A stretch of 64,000 nt of DNA from Acidimicrobiales bacterium (GTDB lineage: Bacteria; Actinomycetota; Acidimicrobiia; Acidimicrobiales; VFJN01). Location of the stretch: the NCBI GenBank assembly GCA_035641315.1, contig DASQUK010000214.1:2353-66352 (forward strand). The letters run 5' to 3'. A program made the position numbers and the translations under genes. Numbering within the stretch: position 1 is the stretch's first letter; each line of letters begins with the position of its first letter. Positions 9,887 to 19,010 of this stretch are shown piece after piece. A model generated the notes under the pieces. The model ran no database searches, had not been told where the DNA came from, and saw only the letters and a program-made list of their open reading frames with translations.

Positions 9887-10765
9887 TCAGTAGCCGGGTT
9901 GTGTCGGACCGCTCGTCGTGTCCGTGCCGCCGCTCTGCGGAGGCGCCGACGGCGTCGACGGCGTCGATGGTGTCGACGAGGTCGACGGACCCGAGGGTGG
10001 AGTCGACGTGGACGCCGGCGCCTCGGTGGCTGCCGCGCCCACCGGGGGAGGCGCACCGAGGCCGAGCTCGGCCCGCAGCTCGTCCAGCGTCGAGCTCGCG
10101 CTGGCCAGGTCGACCTCGCGTTCGAGCTCGGCCATGGCGCCTTCCGGCGTCTCGGCGGTGAGCTCGGTCTTGGCCATGGCCTCGGCCATACGGTCCTGGA
10201 TCTTGTCCTCGATCTCCTTGAGCGACGGGGCTTCCCCGCCGACCGAGGCGTTGACGGCGGCCATCGCGTTGTTGACCGACTCCTGCATCTTGGCCTGCTC
10301 GAGCTGGCCGAGCATCTCCATGCGCTTCGCGGTGATCTCCTCGAGGCGCATGGCATTGTCGTGCACGGCCTTCTTGGCCTGCTCCGCCTGCTGGTCGGCG
10401 ATGGTCAGCTGCTGCTGCATCGAGTCCAGGTTCTTCTGCGAGGCCTGGAGGCGCATGGCGATCGACTGCGCCGCCTGGTTCCACTTCTCGGCGTCGACGG
10501 CGTTGCCGGCCCTCAGGGCGGCGTCGGATTTCAGCAACGCCTGGCGCGCGAGCTCCTTGGCCTCGCCGACCTCCTTTGCCATCTCTTCGACCTCGTCGGC
10601 GACACGGGTGCGGTGCGCGATGACCTTGGCTGCCTCATTGCGGAGGTTCTGGTCGCTCCTGCGCGCCTCGTTGATCGCGGCCTCGATCTCGATCTTCGGA
10701 TCCATGGCCTCTTTCGACTTCACGCCGAACCACGTCTTGATGTAGTTCCACCAACGTCTCAACAC
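9887..10765 (-). CDS. pspA: PspA/IM30 (phage-shock protein A/Vipp1) family protein
   Basis: Long coiled-coil with the typical N-terminus (WWNYIKTWFGVKSKEAMDPKIEIEAAINEARRSDQNLRNEAAKVIA...) and a Pro/Ser/Thr-rich tail. Confidence 0.85.
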   Translation of the reverse strand: MLRRWWNYIKTWFGVKSKEAMDPKIEIEAAINEARRSDQNLRNEAAKVIAHRTRVADEVEEMAKEVGEAKELARQALLKSDAALRAGNAVDAEKWNQAAQSIAMRLQASQKNLDSMQQQLTIADQQAEQAKKAVHDNAMRLEEITAKRMEMLGQLEQAKMQESVNNAMAAVNASVGGEAPSLKEIEDKIQDRMAEAMAKTELTAETPEGAMAELEREVDLASASSTLDELRAELGLGAPPPVGAAATEAPASTSTPPSGPSTSSTPSTPSTPSAPPQSGGTDTTSGPTQPGY

Positions 10766-10791
10766 GGCTCATCCCTTTCCTTGGTTCACGC

Positions 10792-12039
10792 CTAACGGCG
10801 ACCCATCCCCCGTCCCTGGCTGCGCCCGCTCGGCATCACCACCGAGCCGCCCCAGCCGGAGCCCCGCCCCGACGACCGCGAACGCGCTCGTGAGGGTGTC
10901 GACGGCAACCCACCTATCCAGCTACCGAACATCCCGTCGTCCATGGGTGGACGGGTCCGGGGTTGCGCCATGCCCCGCTTCGACAACATCGCCATGGCCG
11001 CCATCGCGGCTGCTGTGAGCCACGGGCTCATGCCCGGCTCCCGGTAGCGGGGTTCGGCGCGGGGAGCTCCGAGACCGCCCGGCAGCTCCCCGCCCGCCGA
11101 CGACGCCGGCGCCGCGGCCACGACCGGCTCCGGGAACAGCTCCTCGGGCGTGGGCTCGGCCGGCGTCGGCTGGCCATCGATCAGCGCCCGGGCCGTGTCC
11201 ATCTGCCAACCGGCCTTGACCACCTGGGCGTAGGCCGCCTCGAGCTCAGGCCGGGTATCGGCCTCCTCCAGCAGCTTCTGCGCCTCGGTGAACAGCTCGG
11301 CGCCCTGACTGAAGGCGGTGCGAGCCTCGGCGGGCGTGTCGGGCAGGTCGGTCTTGTCCGCCAGCTCGAGCAGGTCGTTGGCGACCTTGTCGACGGCGCG
11401 GCGCACCTTGGTCTCGGCCGCGCCGATCTTCTCGGCCGACAGCGCGGCGGCCCGTTCCTTCTGCTTCCGGGAGGCCCGCATCATCACCCACAGCAGCACC
11501 ACGAGCCCGATGCCGAGGAACAGGAGCAGCCAGCCGAACCCCCCGCCGCTCCCGCCCTGGTCGGCAGCCACACCACCGCTGTCGGCGCCGAGCGCGTCCG
11601 CCGCGGCGCTGGTGGCCGACGCAAGCGATCCGCCCGAGTTGACCCGATCGGCTGCCGCCTGCTCGGCAGTGTCGATCTCCTCGGCCGTGTCGAGGTTGGA
11701 CGACAGCGCCACCTCGTTGGGTGCCCACACCAGCACCCGGCCCTGGCCGGCGAGGCCTTCACGCACCCGATCGGCGAACTGCCGCCCGTTGTCGAAGTCC
11801 TCGATCGGCTCGGCCAGCACGACGACCTTGAAGTAGCCGTCGCGGCTCTGTAGCCGGGCCACGGTGTTGTCGAGCTGGTCGAGGTCGGAGCTGGACAGGG
11901 CCCCCTCCTCGAAAGTGACATCGTTGTCGCGCAGGTCGTCGACGGCGGGGTCGACCTGCTGCGCCGACGCGGCGGTTGGGCCGAGTCCGACCCATGCCGT
12001 GACCGCGACGAACGCAACACCAAGCCGACGCACAGTCAC
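10792..12039 (-). CDS. membrane protein with signal peptide, TPM-like extracytoplasmic domain, one TM helix and a helical/Pro-rich cytoplasmic tail
   Basis: GTG at 12039 (or 12033) lies next to GGAGG. VAFVAVTAWVGLGPTAASA signal; DLDQLDNTVARLQSRDGYFKVVVLAEPI...GRVLVWAP; TM WLLLFLGIGLVVLLWVMM. Sits immediately downstream of pspA. Confidence 0.45.
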   Translation of the reverse strand: MTVRRLGVAFVAVTAWVGLGPTAASAQQVDPAVDDLRDNDVTFEEGALSSSDLDQLDNTVARLQSRDGYFKVVVLAEPIEDFDNGRQFADRVREGLAGQGRVLVWAPNEVALSSNLDTAEEIDTAEQAAADRVNSGGSLASATSAAADALGADSGGVAADQGGSGGGFGWLLLFLGIGLVVLLWVMMRASRKQKERAAALSAEKIGAAETKVRRAVDKVANDLLELADKTDLPDTPAEARTAFSQGAELFTEAQKLLEEADTRPELEAAYAQVVKAGWQMDTARALIDGQPTPAEPTPEELFPEPVVAAAPASSAGGELPGGLGAPRAEPRYREPGMSPWLTAAAMAAMAMLSKRGMAQPRTRPPMDDGMFGSWIGGLPSTPSRARSRSSGRGSGWGGSVVMPSGRSQGRGMGRR

Positions 12040-12139
12040 CTCCGGGGTCAGGCGACGACTGCTTGTGGTCGCGAGTCTACGTATCGCGGCGCGAATGGCC
12101 AGAGGAAGAGAACCGCCGAAAATGCCGAACGACGCTCCG

Positions 12140-13009
12140 TCAGGAGACGGACGAGAGGTGATCGACCAGCAGCTCGTTGAGCCGGTCGGGCACCTGCTCG
12201 GCGATCCAGTGGCCCACGCCCTCGAGCACCTCGAACCGGTACGGCCCGTCGACACATCCGGCCGTGGCCTCCGCCGCCTCGCGACCCAGAGCCACGTCGC
12301 CGGTGGCCCACACGTACAGCGTGGGGATGGTGATCGGCCCGAGCCCCTCGATGTCCGCGGGCGACGCGGCGCGGTACCAGTTGAGCGCCGCCCCGAGCGC
12401 CTCGGGCGTGCCGAGGGCATCGAGGTAGGGCTGTTCCCGTCCCTCGGGCATGCCGCTCCCGGAGAACAGCAGCCGTAGGACGGCGGCGTCGTTCTCCAGC
12501 ATGCGGTCCTGCGAGTCGGGCTGGCGGAAGAAGGTCATGTAGCCGGAGCGCTCGGCCTGGTCGCCGCCCAGGTCGCCCCGATACGCGCGGCGCAGCGCTT
12601 CGGGATGCGGGGTCGAGAGCACCGTCAGGCTGCGCAGCCGCTCGCGGTGACGACCGGCCACCTGCCACGCCACCGCCCCGCCCCAGTCTTGGCCGACGAG
12701 GTGGAACCGCTCGGCCCCGAGCGCGTCGGCCAGCTCCAGGACGTCGCCCACCAGCTCGGGCATGGCGTAAGCGGCGACATCGGTCGGGCGGGCGTTCGGC
12801 GAGTAGCCGCGCTGGTCGGGAGCGACGGCGCGGTGGCCGGCGGCCGCCAGCGCCTCGATCTGCTCGCGCCACGACGCCGATGTCTGCGGGAAGCCGTGCA
12901 GCAGGAGCACCAGCTCGGCGTCGTCGGGCCCGTCAGCCAGGGCGTCGAAGGTGTGGGCACCGACGGTGATCTGCGTGGAACGGACGCTCATGGGCTCATC
13001 CTTGTGCAT
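12140..13009 (-). CDS. alpha/beta hydrolase (epoxide hydrolase/haloalkane dehalogenase-like)
   Basis: LLLHGFPQTSASWREQ... and nucleophile elbow HLVGQDWGGAVAW; C-terminal GHWIAEQ. Confidence 0.8.
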   Translation of the reverse strand: MHKDEPMSVRSTQITVGAHTFDALADGPDDAELVLLLHGFPQTSASWREQIEALAAAGHRAVAPDQRGYSPNARPTDVAAYAMPELVGDVLELADALGAERFHLVGQDWGGAVAWQVAGRHRERLRSLTVLSTPHPEALRRAYRGDLGGDQAERSGYMTFFRQPDSQDRMLENDAAVLRLLFSGSGMPEGREQPYLDALGTPEALGAALNWYRAASPADIEGLGPITIPTLYVWATGDVALGREAAEATAGCVDGPYRFEVLEGVGHWIAEQVPDRLNELLVDHLSSVS

Positions 13010-14114
13010 GCGCCTGCCCGCTCAGGTCCCGAGCCTCGTCGGCGCGGTCGAGCAGGAAACACATGGTCGGCGCCCACCACGACAGCGCCTCGGCGATCGG
13101 CCGGCCATTGAGCGTGGGCCGCCGCTCGGCGACGGACCGGACCAGTGCTGGACCGATCCATGCGTACTTGGCCGCCATGGTGGCCGCCATCGCCAGCCGC
13201 GCCGTGCTGTGCGGGCCGGACCACCCGGCATCCCGTAGGCCCGCCGCATAGCCGTCGGCCACGGCGTCGTACAGGTGGGGCAGTTGCTCCGGCGCGACGT
13301 GGAAGTCGAGCACCGCGTCGGGCACCAGGTTGCCGGCGTCCTCGCCGAAGGAGCCGATCCCCACGAACGACCAGTCGATGACCGCGGTCGTGCCGGCGCC
13401 GCCGTCGAAGAGGTTGGCGGGATGGAGGTCGAGGTGGCACACGGTGGCTGGCACGTGAGCCAACACGTCGAGGAAACGTGACCGATCCGCGCTCATGGCC
13501 TGGAGGCGGTCGACTGGCGGGTCGGGGAACCACTCGACCAGCAAGGGGTCGCCCCAGACGGCTGGATCCGAGGGAAGGGTCAGCTTGCGGAGCGGCTGCG
13601 CGAGGTAGCTGTACAGCCAACCGCGGCTCAGCCAGGGATGGTCGGGCAGGGCTCGCCCGGCGGCGAACTCGCCCTGCGCTTGGCCGAGGTGCCTCGCCGC
13701 CAGTCGATAGCGGTCGATCGGCCACCTCGGCGCCGCCTCACCCGCCAGGTCCTCGAGCCATAGGGCCACGCTGCCGTCGGCGCGGTCGGCGATCAGCTCG
13801 CAGCGCGGCGCCCGGAGCCCGCCCCCGAGGCCGCCGAGCAGTCCCGATCGGTACGCCTCGGCCTCGCGCCGCCAGTAGTACCAGTGGGTCACGTCGACGC
13901 CCGAGCGCCAGTTCTCGCTGCCGCCCTCGGGCGCATGGGCCAGGACCTTCACCACGGCGGACCGGTGCCCCACCCGGACCCGCCACAGCCCCGCGGTCGC
14001 GGAGGCAACGGCCGTGTGGGCCAGTGGCTCAACCACAGCCGGACTCTCGGCAAGCGCCGCATCTCCGAACACGGCCCCGATTTCGTCGGCCGGCAGATCG
14101 CCGGGACGTGTCAC
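12996..14114 (-). CDS. phosphotransferase (APH) family protein
   Basis: VCHLDLHPANLF...AVIDWSFVGIGSFGEDAGNL, the Brenner/DxD motifs of the aminoglycoside/choline kinase fold. Confidence 0.7.
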   Translation of the reverse strand: MTRPGDLPADEIGAVFGDAALAESPAVVEPLAHTAVASATAGLWRVRVGHRSAVVKVLAHAPEGGSENWRSGVDVTHWYYWRREAEAYRSGLLGGLGGGLRAPRCELIADRADGSVALWLEDLAGEAAPRWPIDRYRLAARHLGQAQGEFAAGRALPDHPWLSRGWLYSYLAQPLRKLTLPSDPAVWGDPLLVEWFPDPPVDRLQAMSADRSRFLDVLAHVPATVCHLDLHPANLFDGGAGTTAVIDWSFVGIGSFGEDAGNLVPDAVLDFHVAPEQLPHLYDAVADGYAAGLRDAGWSGPHSTARLAMAATMAAKYAWIGPALVRSVAERRPTLNGRPIAEALSWWAPTMCFLLDRADEARDLSGQAHAQG

Positions 14115-14118
14115 CGAT

Positions 14119-14637
14119 CTAGAGGGCCAGGAGCGATCGCCAGTCGGCGCGATGCTTCTCGGCGACCTCGTCGGGGGTGAGCCGCAGGACGTCGTCGGGG
14201 ACCAGATCGACGATGCGGCGCTGCTCGGCGTAGTGGTGCGGGTTGGCCACCTCGGCGAACAGCGGCTGGCGGTAGGCGATCAGATCGGGCGGCGCGTCGC
14301 CCAGGAATCCCCAGATGGTCAATGCCACGGTGAGGTCGTGGACCACCGGTGCCCGTCCGAACAGCGACGCCCGCTTCAGGGCCACGCCGATGCACCCCAC
14401 CAGCGCGTCGTGCTCGGTCTCGTCGTGTGCGAGCTGGAGCTGCCCCTCGAACCGCCGGGCCAGCACGTACACGTAGCCCTGGTCGGGACCGGGAGCCCCG
14501 AGCCGATCGCCCGTGGGTTGGTGCCACGGCTCGTCGCCCGGCCGGACCGGCCGCCATGACTCGGGGCGGCGCGGCGGCGACTCGTAGATCCGCACGTGCC
14601 GGATCGCCGGCTCGGGAACGTACTCGGGGGCGGCCAC
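14119..14637 (-). CDS. hypothetical protein
   Basis: 172-codon ORF (GTG start) packed between cimA and the APH-like gene on the same strand, with good GC3 bias. No family recognised. Confidence 0.45.
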   Translation of the reverse strand: MAAPEYVPEPAIRHVRIYESPPRRPESWRPVRPGDEPWHQPTGDRLGAPGPDQGYVYVLARRFEGQLQLAHDETEHDALVGCIGVALKRASLFGRAPVVHDLTVALTIWGFLGDAPPDLIAYRQPLFAEVANPHHYAEQRRIVDLVPDDVLRLTPDEVAEKHRADWRSLLAL

Positions 14638-14664
14638 GAGCCGAACGTTACTGGCTGCGTGGAC

Positions 14665-16317
14665 TCAAACGGCCGGGTCGCCGGCGTGGAACAGGCCGTA
14701 GACCAGCGAATCCACCAACGCCTGCCACGAGGCCTCGATGACGTTCTCGCTGACGCCGATCGTCGACCACGTCCGGTCGCCGTCGGCCGAGTCGATGAGC
14801 ACCCGCACCACGGCGCCCGTGGCGGCCGCGCCCTCGAGCACGCGCACCTTGAAGTCGGTCAGGTGGATCCGGTCGAGCTGGGGGTAGCGCTCGGTGAGCA
14901 CCGACCGCAGCGCCTCGTCGAGCGCGTTGACCGGTCCGTTGCCCTCGCCCACCGCCACCAGGCGCTCGTCGCCCACCCACAGCTTGACGGTGGCCTCGGT
15001 GTCGATCATCGACTCGCCGTCCTCGATGGGGACGCCGCCCCGTACGGCGTTGCGGTGATAGGTCGTGACCCGGTAGCCCTCGAGCTGGAAGTAGGGCTGC
15101 CGCCAGCCCGTGGCTTCACGCATGAGCAGCTCGAGCGAGGCGTCCGCAGCCTCGAACTGGTAGCCGTCGGCCTCGAGGTGCTTGAGCCGTTCGGACAGCT
15201 CGGTCGCGCCCCGCCCGTCGAGGTCGACGCCGAACTCCTTGGCCTTGAGCGCCATGCCCGAGCGCCCACCGAGGTCGGACACCAGCACCCGCGTGTGGTT
15301 GCCCACCAGCGCCGGATCGACGTGCTCGTAGCTGGCGCCGCCGACCTTGCCCAGCGCCGAGGTGTGCAGCCCGCCCTTGTGGGCGAACGCCGAGGCGCCC
15401 ACGTACGGGTCAGCGGCGTGGGGTGGCAGGTTGACGAGCTCGGCCACGTGCCGCGACACCGCCGTCAGGCGGTCGAGCCGCCCGTCGGGCAGGCAGCGCA
15501 CCCCCATCTTGAGCTCCAGGTTGGGGATGCAGGTCATGAGGTTGGCGTTGCCGGTCCGCTCGCCGTAGCCGTTGACCGTCCCCTGCAGCTGGCTCGCACC
15601 AGCCACCACCGCCGCCACCGAGTTGGCCTCGGCGCAGCCGCTGTCGTTCTGCGTGTGGATGCCGATCTGGGGGCCGGTGGGATCGGCGCCGAAGTAGCCG
15701 ACGACCTCCCCGACGATCCGCTGCACCTCGTGGGGCAGCGAGCCGCCGTTGGTGTCGCACAGCACGAGGACCTCGGCGCCCTCGGTGGCCGCCGCCTCCA
15801 GCACCCGCAACCCGTACTCGGGATTGGCCTTGTAGCCGTCGAAGAAGTGCTCGGCGTCGAAGAACACCCGCAGCCCCTGGGCCCGCAGGAACCGCACCGA
15901 CTCGCCGACCATGGCCACCCCCTCGTCGAGGCTGGTGCCGAGGGCCTCGGTGACGTGGAAGTCCCAGCTCTTTCCGACGATGCACGCGGTCGACACGCCG
16001 CTCTCGACCAACGCGAGCAGGGTCGGGTCGCTGTCCACCTTCCCGGCCGGCCGCCGGGTCGACCCGAACGCCACCAGCGTGGCGCTGTCGAGGTGCAGGT
16101 CCCGGGGCGCACGGCGAAAGAACTCGGCGTCGCGGGGGTTGGCCTGGGGATAGCCCCCCTCGATCCAGCGGACCCCGAGCCAGTCGAGCTGCTCGGCCAC
16201 CCGCAGCTTGTCGTCGACCGACAGCGAGATCCCCTCGAACTGGGCCCCGTCCCGCAACGTGGTGTCGAAGATGTCAACGGCCGTGGGCGTGGCCGCCGCG
16301 GTCACGTCAGTGGACAT
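14665..16317 (-). CDS. cimA: (R)-citramalate synthase (LeuA-family, CimA type)
   Basis: FDTTLRDGAQFEGISLSVDDKLRVAEQLDWLGVRWIEGGYPQANPRDAEFF plus a C-terminal LeuA-dimer regulatory domain. About 550 aa and distinct from the long LeuA at 38319-40043. Confidence 0.75.
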   Translation of the reverse strand: MSTDVTAAATPTAVDIFDTTLRDGAQFEGISLSVDDKLRVAEQLDWLGVRWIEGGYPQANPRDAEFFRRAPRDLHLDSATLVAFGSTRRPAGKVDSDPTLLALVESGVSTACIVGKSWDFHVTEALGTSLDEGVAMVGESVRFLRAQGLRVFFDAEHFFDGYKANPEYGLRVLEAAATEGAEVLVLCDTNGGSLPHEVQRIVGEVVGYFGADPTGPQIGIHTQNDSGCAEANSVAAVVAGASQLQGTVNGYGERTGNANLMTCIPNLELKMGVRCLPDGRLDRLTAVSRHVAELVNLPPHAADPYVGASAFAHKGGLHTSALGKVGGASYEHVDPALVGNHTRVLVSDLGGRSGMALKAKEFGVDLDGRGATELSERLKHLEADGYQFEAADASLELLMREATGWRQPYFQLEGYRVTTYHRNAVRGGVPIEDGESMIDTEATVKLWVGDERLVAVGEGNGPVNALDEALRSVLTERYPQLDRIHLTDFKVRVLEGAAATGAVVRVLIDSADGDRTWSTIGVSENVIEASWQALVDSLVYGLFHAGDPAV

Positions 16318-17224
16318 GCTCGACCCAGTCCTTGTACCGGTCGACCTGGCCGCGCACTACCTTGCCGTACTCCTCGCCGATGGCCAGCGTCATGGGGCCC
16401 GGGCACGGCAGCTGGCGATCGTCAACCGAGAGGACCGACGACACCTCGGCCGCGGTCCCGCACACGAACATCTCCTCGGCGATGTAGAGGTCGCTGCGTG
16501 ACAGTTCGCCGAGCGCGACGTCGAAGCCGAGGTCGCGGGCGATGGCCATCACGGTGGATTGGGTGATGCCCTCGAGCGCACCGGCCGACAGCGGGGGGCT
16601 TATGAGCTTGCCGTGGCGGGCGACGAAGACGTTTTCGCCGGTGCACTCGGACACGAGGCCGGCCCGGTTGAGCAGGATGGCCTCGTCGTAGCCGGCCTTG
16701 AGCGCCTCGACCTTGGCCAGCGAGCTGTTCACGTAGTTGCCGGTGGTCTTCGCAGCCGGCGGCATGCTGTTGTGGTCGGGGCGGGCCCACGTCGAGATCT
16801 TCATGCGCACACCCTTGGTCAGGGCGTCGTCACCCAGGTAGGCACCCCACGGCCAGCACGCCACGGCCACGTCGACCGAACAGGGCAGCGTGTTGAGGCC
16901 CATCTCGCCGTAGCCGTAGTAGGCGATAGGGCGGACGTAGCAGGAGGACAGGCCGGTGGACCGCACCGTGTCCTTGACCGCCTGCACCATCTCGTCGACC
17001 GAGTAGGGCAAGGGCATCATCAGGATGCGCGCCGACTGGTCGAAGCGCCGCATGTGGTCGGTGAGCCGGAACACTGCGGGACCGTCGTCTGTCTCGTAGG
17101 CGCGGATGCCCTCGAAGACGCCCATGCCGTAGTGGAGCGAGTGCGTGAGGATGTGGATCTTGGCGTCGTCCCACGGGATCAGCTCGCCGTTGAACCAGAT
17201 CTTCTCGGTGGGCGTGATGGGCAT
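16307..17224 (-). CDS. ilvE: branched-chain amino acid aminotransferase
   Basis: MPITPTEKIWFNGELIPWDDAKIHILTHSLHYGMGVFEGIRAY...KTTGNYVNSSLAK...; GAGGAG upstream of the ATG at 17224. The 662-aa track ORF is a run-through into the leuB antisense frame. Confidence 0.9.
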   Translation of the reverse strand: MPITPTEKIWFNGELIPWDDAKIHILTHSLHYGMGVFEGIRAYETDDGPAVFRLTDHMRRFDQSARILMMPLPYSVDEMVQAVKDTVRSTGLSSCYVRPIAYYGYGEMGLNTLPCSVDVAVACWPWGAYLGDDALTKGVRMKISTWARPDHNSMPPAAKTTGNYVNSSLAKVEALKAGYDEAILLNRAGLVSECTGENVFVARHGKLISPPLSAGALEGITQSTVMAIARDLGFDVALGELSRSDLYIAEEMFVCGTAAEVSSVLSVDDRQLPCPGPMTLAIGEEYGKVVRGQVDRYKDWVEHVH

Positions 17225-17256
17225 GGGTGGGTCTCCTCGTGAACGGATGTGAGTAG

Positions 17257-18237
17257 TCAGACCCGGGAGGCGATGGCGTCGCCGATCTCGGGCGTTGTGC
17301 CGGTGAGCGCCGACGGGTCGGCGCAGGCCTTGCGGATTCGGGCGGCGGCGTCGGCCTCGTCCAGGAAGTCGAGCATCATGGCCGCCGACAGCACGGCGGC
17401 GGTGGGGTTCGCCCTCGCCTGCCCGGCGATGTCGGGCGCCGAGCCGTGCACGGGCTCGAACATCGACGGACCGGTGCGGGCCGGGTTGAGGTTGCCGGAG
17501 GCGGCGAAGCCGATGCCGCCCGACACCGCCCCGCCGAGGTCGGTGAGGATGTCGCCGAACAGGTTGTCGGTGACGATCACGTCGTAGCGCTGCGGGTCCT
17601 GCACGAAGTAGATGCAGGCGGCGTCCACGTGGTTGTAGGCGGTGCCGACGTCCGGATGCTCGGCGGCCACGTCGTCGAACGCCCGCTGCCAGAGGTCCCC
17701 GGCGAAGGTGAGCACGTTGGTCTTGTGGACCAGGGTCACGTGCTTGCGGCTGCGCTGGGTGGCCAGCTCGAAGGCGTAGCGGACGCAGCGCTCGACCCCC
17801 ATGCGGGTGTTCACCGAGCCCTGGGTGGCCACCTCGTGGGTCGTGCCCTTGCGCAGGACGCCACCCTCGCCGACATAGGGGCCCTCGGTGTTCTCGCGGA
17901 TGACGACCATGTCGATGCCACGGCCCGTGTCGAGGAACGGCCGCTGGTTGACGTAGAGGTCGAGGTCGAACCGCATCTTGAGCAGCAGTCCCCGCTCGAT
18001 GACGCCCGGGGGCACGCCGGGCGTGCCGACCGCGCCGAGCAGCAGCGCGTCCAGCCCCCGCCACTCCTCGAGCACGCTGTCCGGCAGGATCGTGCCGTCC
18101 CGCAGGTAGCGGGCGCCGCCCAGGTCGTAATCCACGGTGTCCAAGGCGACTCCGGTGGCCCGGACGACTTTGAGTGCCTCCGCGACGACCTCGGGGCCGA
18201 TGCCGTCCCCGCCGATGACTCCGATCCTGTGGGTCAA
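17257..18237 (-). CDS. leuB: 3-isopropylmalate dehydrogenase
   Basis: [22 protein letters not shown]... and the [11 protein letters not shown] motif. I prefer the TTG at 18237 (GGAG 5 nt upstream) over the track start at 18279, which overlaps the upstream terminator U-tract. Confidence 0.9.
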   Translation of the reverse strand: MTHRIGVIGGDGIGPEVVAEALKVVRATGVALDTVDYDLGGARYLRDGTILPDSVLEEWRGLDALLLGAVGTPGVPPGVIERGLLLKMRFDLDLYVNQRPFLDTGRGIDMVVIRENTEGPYVGEGGVLRKGTTHEVATQGSVNTRMGVERCVRYAFELATQRSRKHVTLVHKTNVLTFAGDLWQRAFDDVAAEHPDVGTAYNHVDAACIYFVQDPQRYDVIVTDNLFGDILTDLGGAVSGGIGFAASGNLNPARTGPSMFEPVHGSAPDIAGQARANPTAAVLSAAMMLDFLDEADAAARIRKACADPSALTGTTPEIGDAIASRV

Positions 18238-18274
18238 CTTGTCTCCAATGGTCTGTTGGCCTGTGATCCGGGCC

Positions 18275-18340
18275 GACAAATGACAAACCGCCCACCGAGG
18301 TGGACGGTCAGGAGCGCACGTCGAGGGGCCGACGTGCGCT
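18275..18340 (-). terminator. attenuator: 11-bp hairpin followed by an intrinsic terminator
   Basis: Minus strand: AGCGCACGUCG-GCCCCU-CGACGUGCGCU (18313-18340), then CCGUCCACC-UCG-GGUGGGCGG (18288-18308) followed by UUUGUCAUUUGUC. Confidence 0.55.
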
Positions 18341-18380
18341 ACACGATGATGATTACCGAGGCGGCAGGGTCGCCGGACAT
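18339..18380 (-). CDS. putative leader peptide [13 protein letters not shown] of the leuB-ilvE-cimA operon
   Basis: ATG TCC GGC GAC CCT GCC GCC TCG GTA ATC ATC ATC GTG TAG. The five terminal codons are Val-Ile-Ile-Ile-Val, and the stop overlaps the base of the following hairpin. Confidence 0.55.
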   Translation of the reverse strand: MSGDPAASVIIIV

Positions 18381-18466
18381 CGCCGGTCAGTGTTCACCGT
18401 GGCGGCGCGCGGCGTCAACCGGGATGCGTTGGCCGGCCTCCGCGAAATCTCTAGCCTGATACGCCT

Positions 18467-18934
18467 ATGGCACAGACCCACCACCTCTCGCAGGCTACCT
18501 ACGACCGCCTCCAAGCGGAGTACGACGACCTGACGACGCGCGGCCGGGTCGAGATCGCTCGCAAGATCGAGGCGGCCCGGGAGCTCGGCGACCTCTCGGA
18601 GAACGGCGACTACCACGCCGCCAAGGAGGAGCAGGGCAAGATGGAGGGCCGCATCCGCCAGCTCGCCACCATGCTCGAGAACGCCGAGATCGTCCAGGGC
18701 GCCAACGGCGAGCACGTGTCGCACGGGTCGGTCGTCGCCATTCGCTACGCGGGCGACGACGAGGTCGAGCGCTACCTGATCGGTTCGATCGAGGAGCGCC
18801 ACGACGACCTCGAGGTCATCAGCCCGTCGTCGCCGCTGGGCGAGGCCCTCATCGGGTCGGCACCGGGCGATTCGGTGACGTTCACCGCCCCCACCGGCGC
18901 CGAGCTGCAGGTCGAAGTCGTCGCGGTCGATTGA
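18467..18934 (+). CDS. greA: transcription elongation factor GreA
   Basis: LSQATYDRLQAEYDDLTTRGRVEIARKIEAARELGDLSENGDYHAAKEEQGKMEGRIRQL, the canonical GreA coiled-coil and C-terminal domain. Confidence 0.95.
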   Translation: MAQTHHLSQATYDRLQAEYDDLTTRGRVEIARKIEAARELGDLSENGDYHAAKEEQGKMEGRIRQLATMLENAEIVQGANGEHVSHGSVVAIRYAGDDEVERYLIGSIEERHDDLEVISPSSPLGEALIGSAPGDSVTFTAPTGAELQVEVVAVD

Positions 18935-19010
18935 GGGTCGATTCCGCGGATCAATTCCACCAGCAGACGCTGGGATTCAGGCTGCCTCGCAGCCGGCGGA
19001 ATCGACCCTC
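18933..19010. repeat. 15-bp perfect inverted repeat with a 48-nt spacer between convergent greA and the carbonic anhydrase gene
   Basis: gagggtcgattccgc (18933-18947) and gcggaatcgaccctc (18996-19010). The arms overlap both stop codons. Confidence 0.7.

Noticed and set aside
14596-16566. 656-aa + strand ORF; similar long antisense ORFs at 33363-34811, 44591-45934, 45693-47309, 49743-51266, 57269-58696 and 58849-60543
   Set aside because: All lie antisense to genes with strong family signatures (cimA, leuC, aspC, serC, acyl-CoA ligase, ilvD, M28 peptidase) and have Arg/Gly/Asp/His-rich low-complexity translations.
16307-18295. 662-aa ORF; likewise the 1033-aa ORF at 53702-56803 and the 1000-aa ORF at 57041-60043
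   Set aside because: These are run-through ORFs. Only their 3' parts (ilvE, ilvN, ilvD) are genuine. The 5' extensions are alternative frames of leuB, ilvB and the M28 peptidase and have arginine-rich, motif-free sequence.
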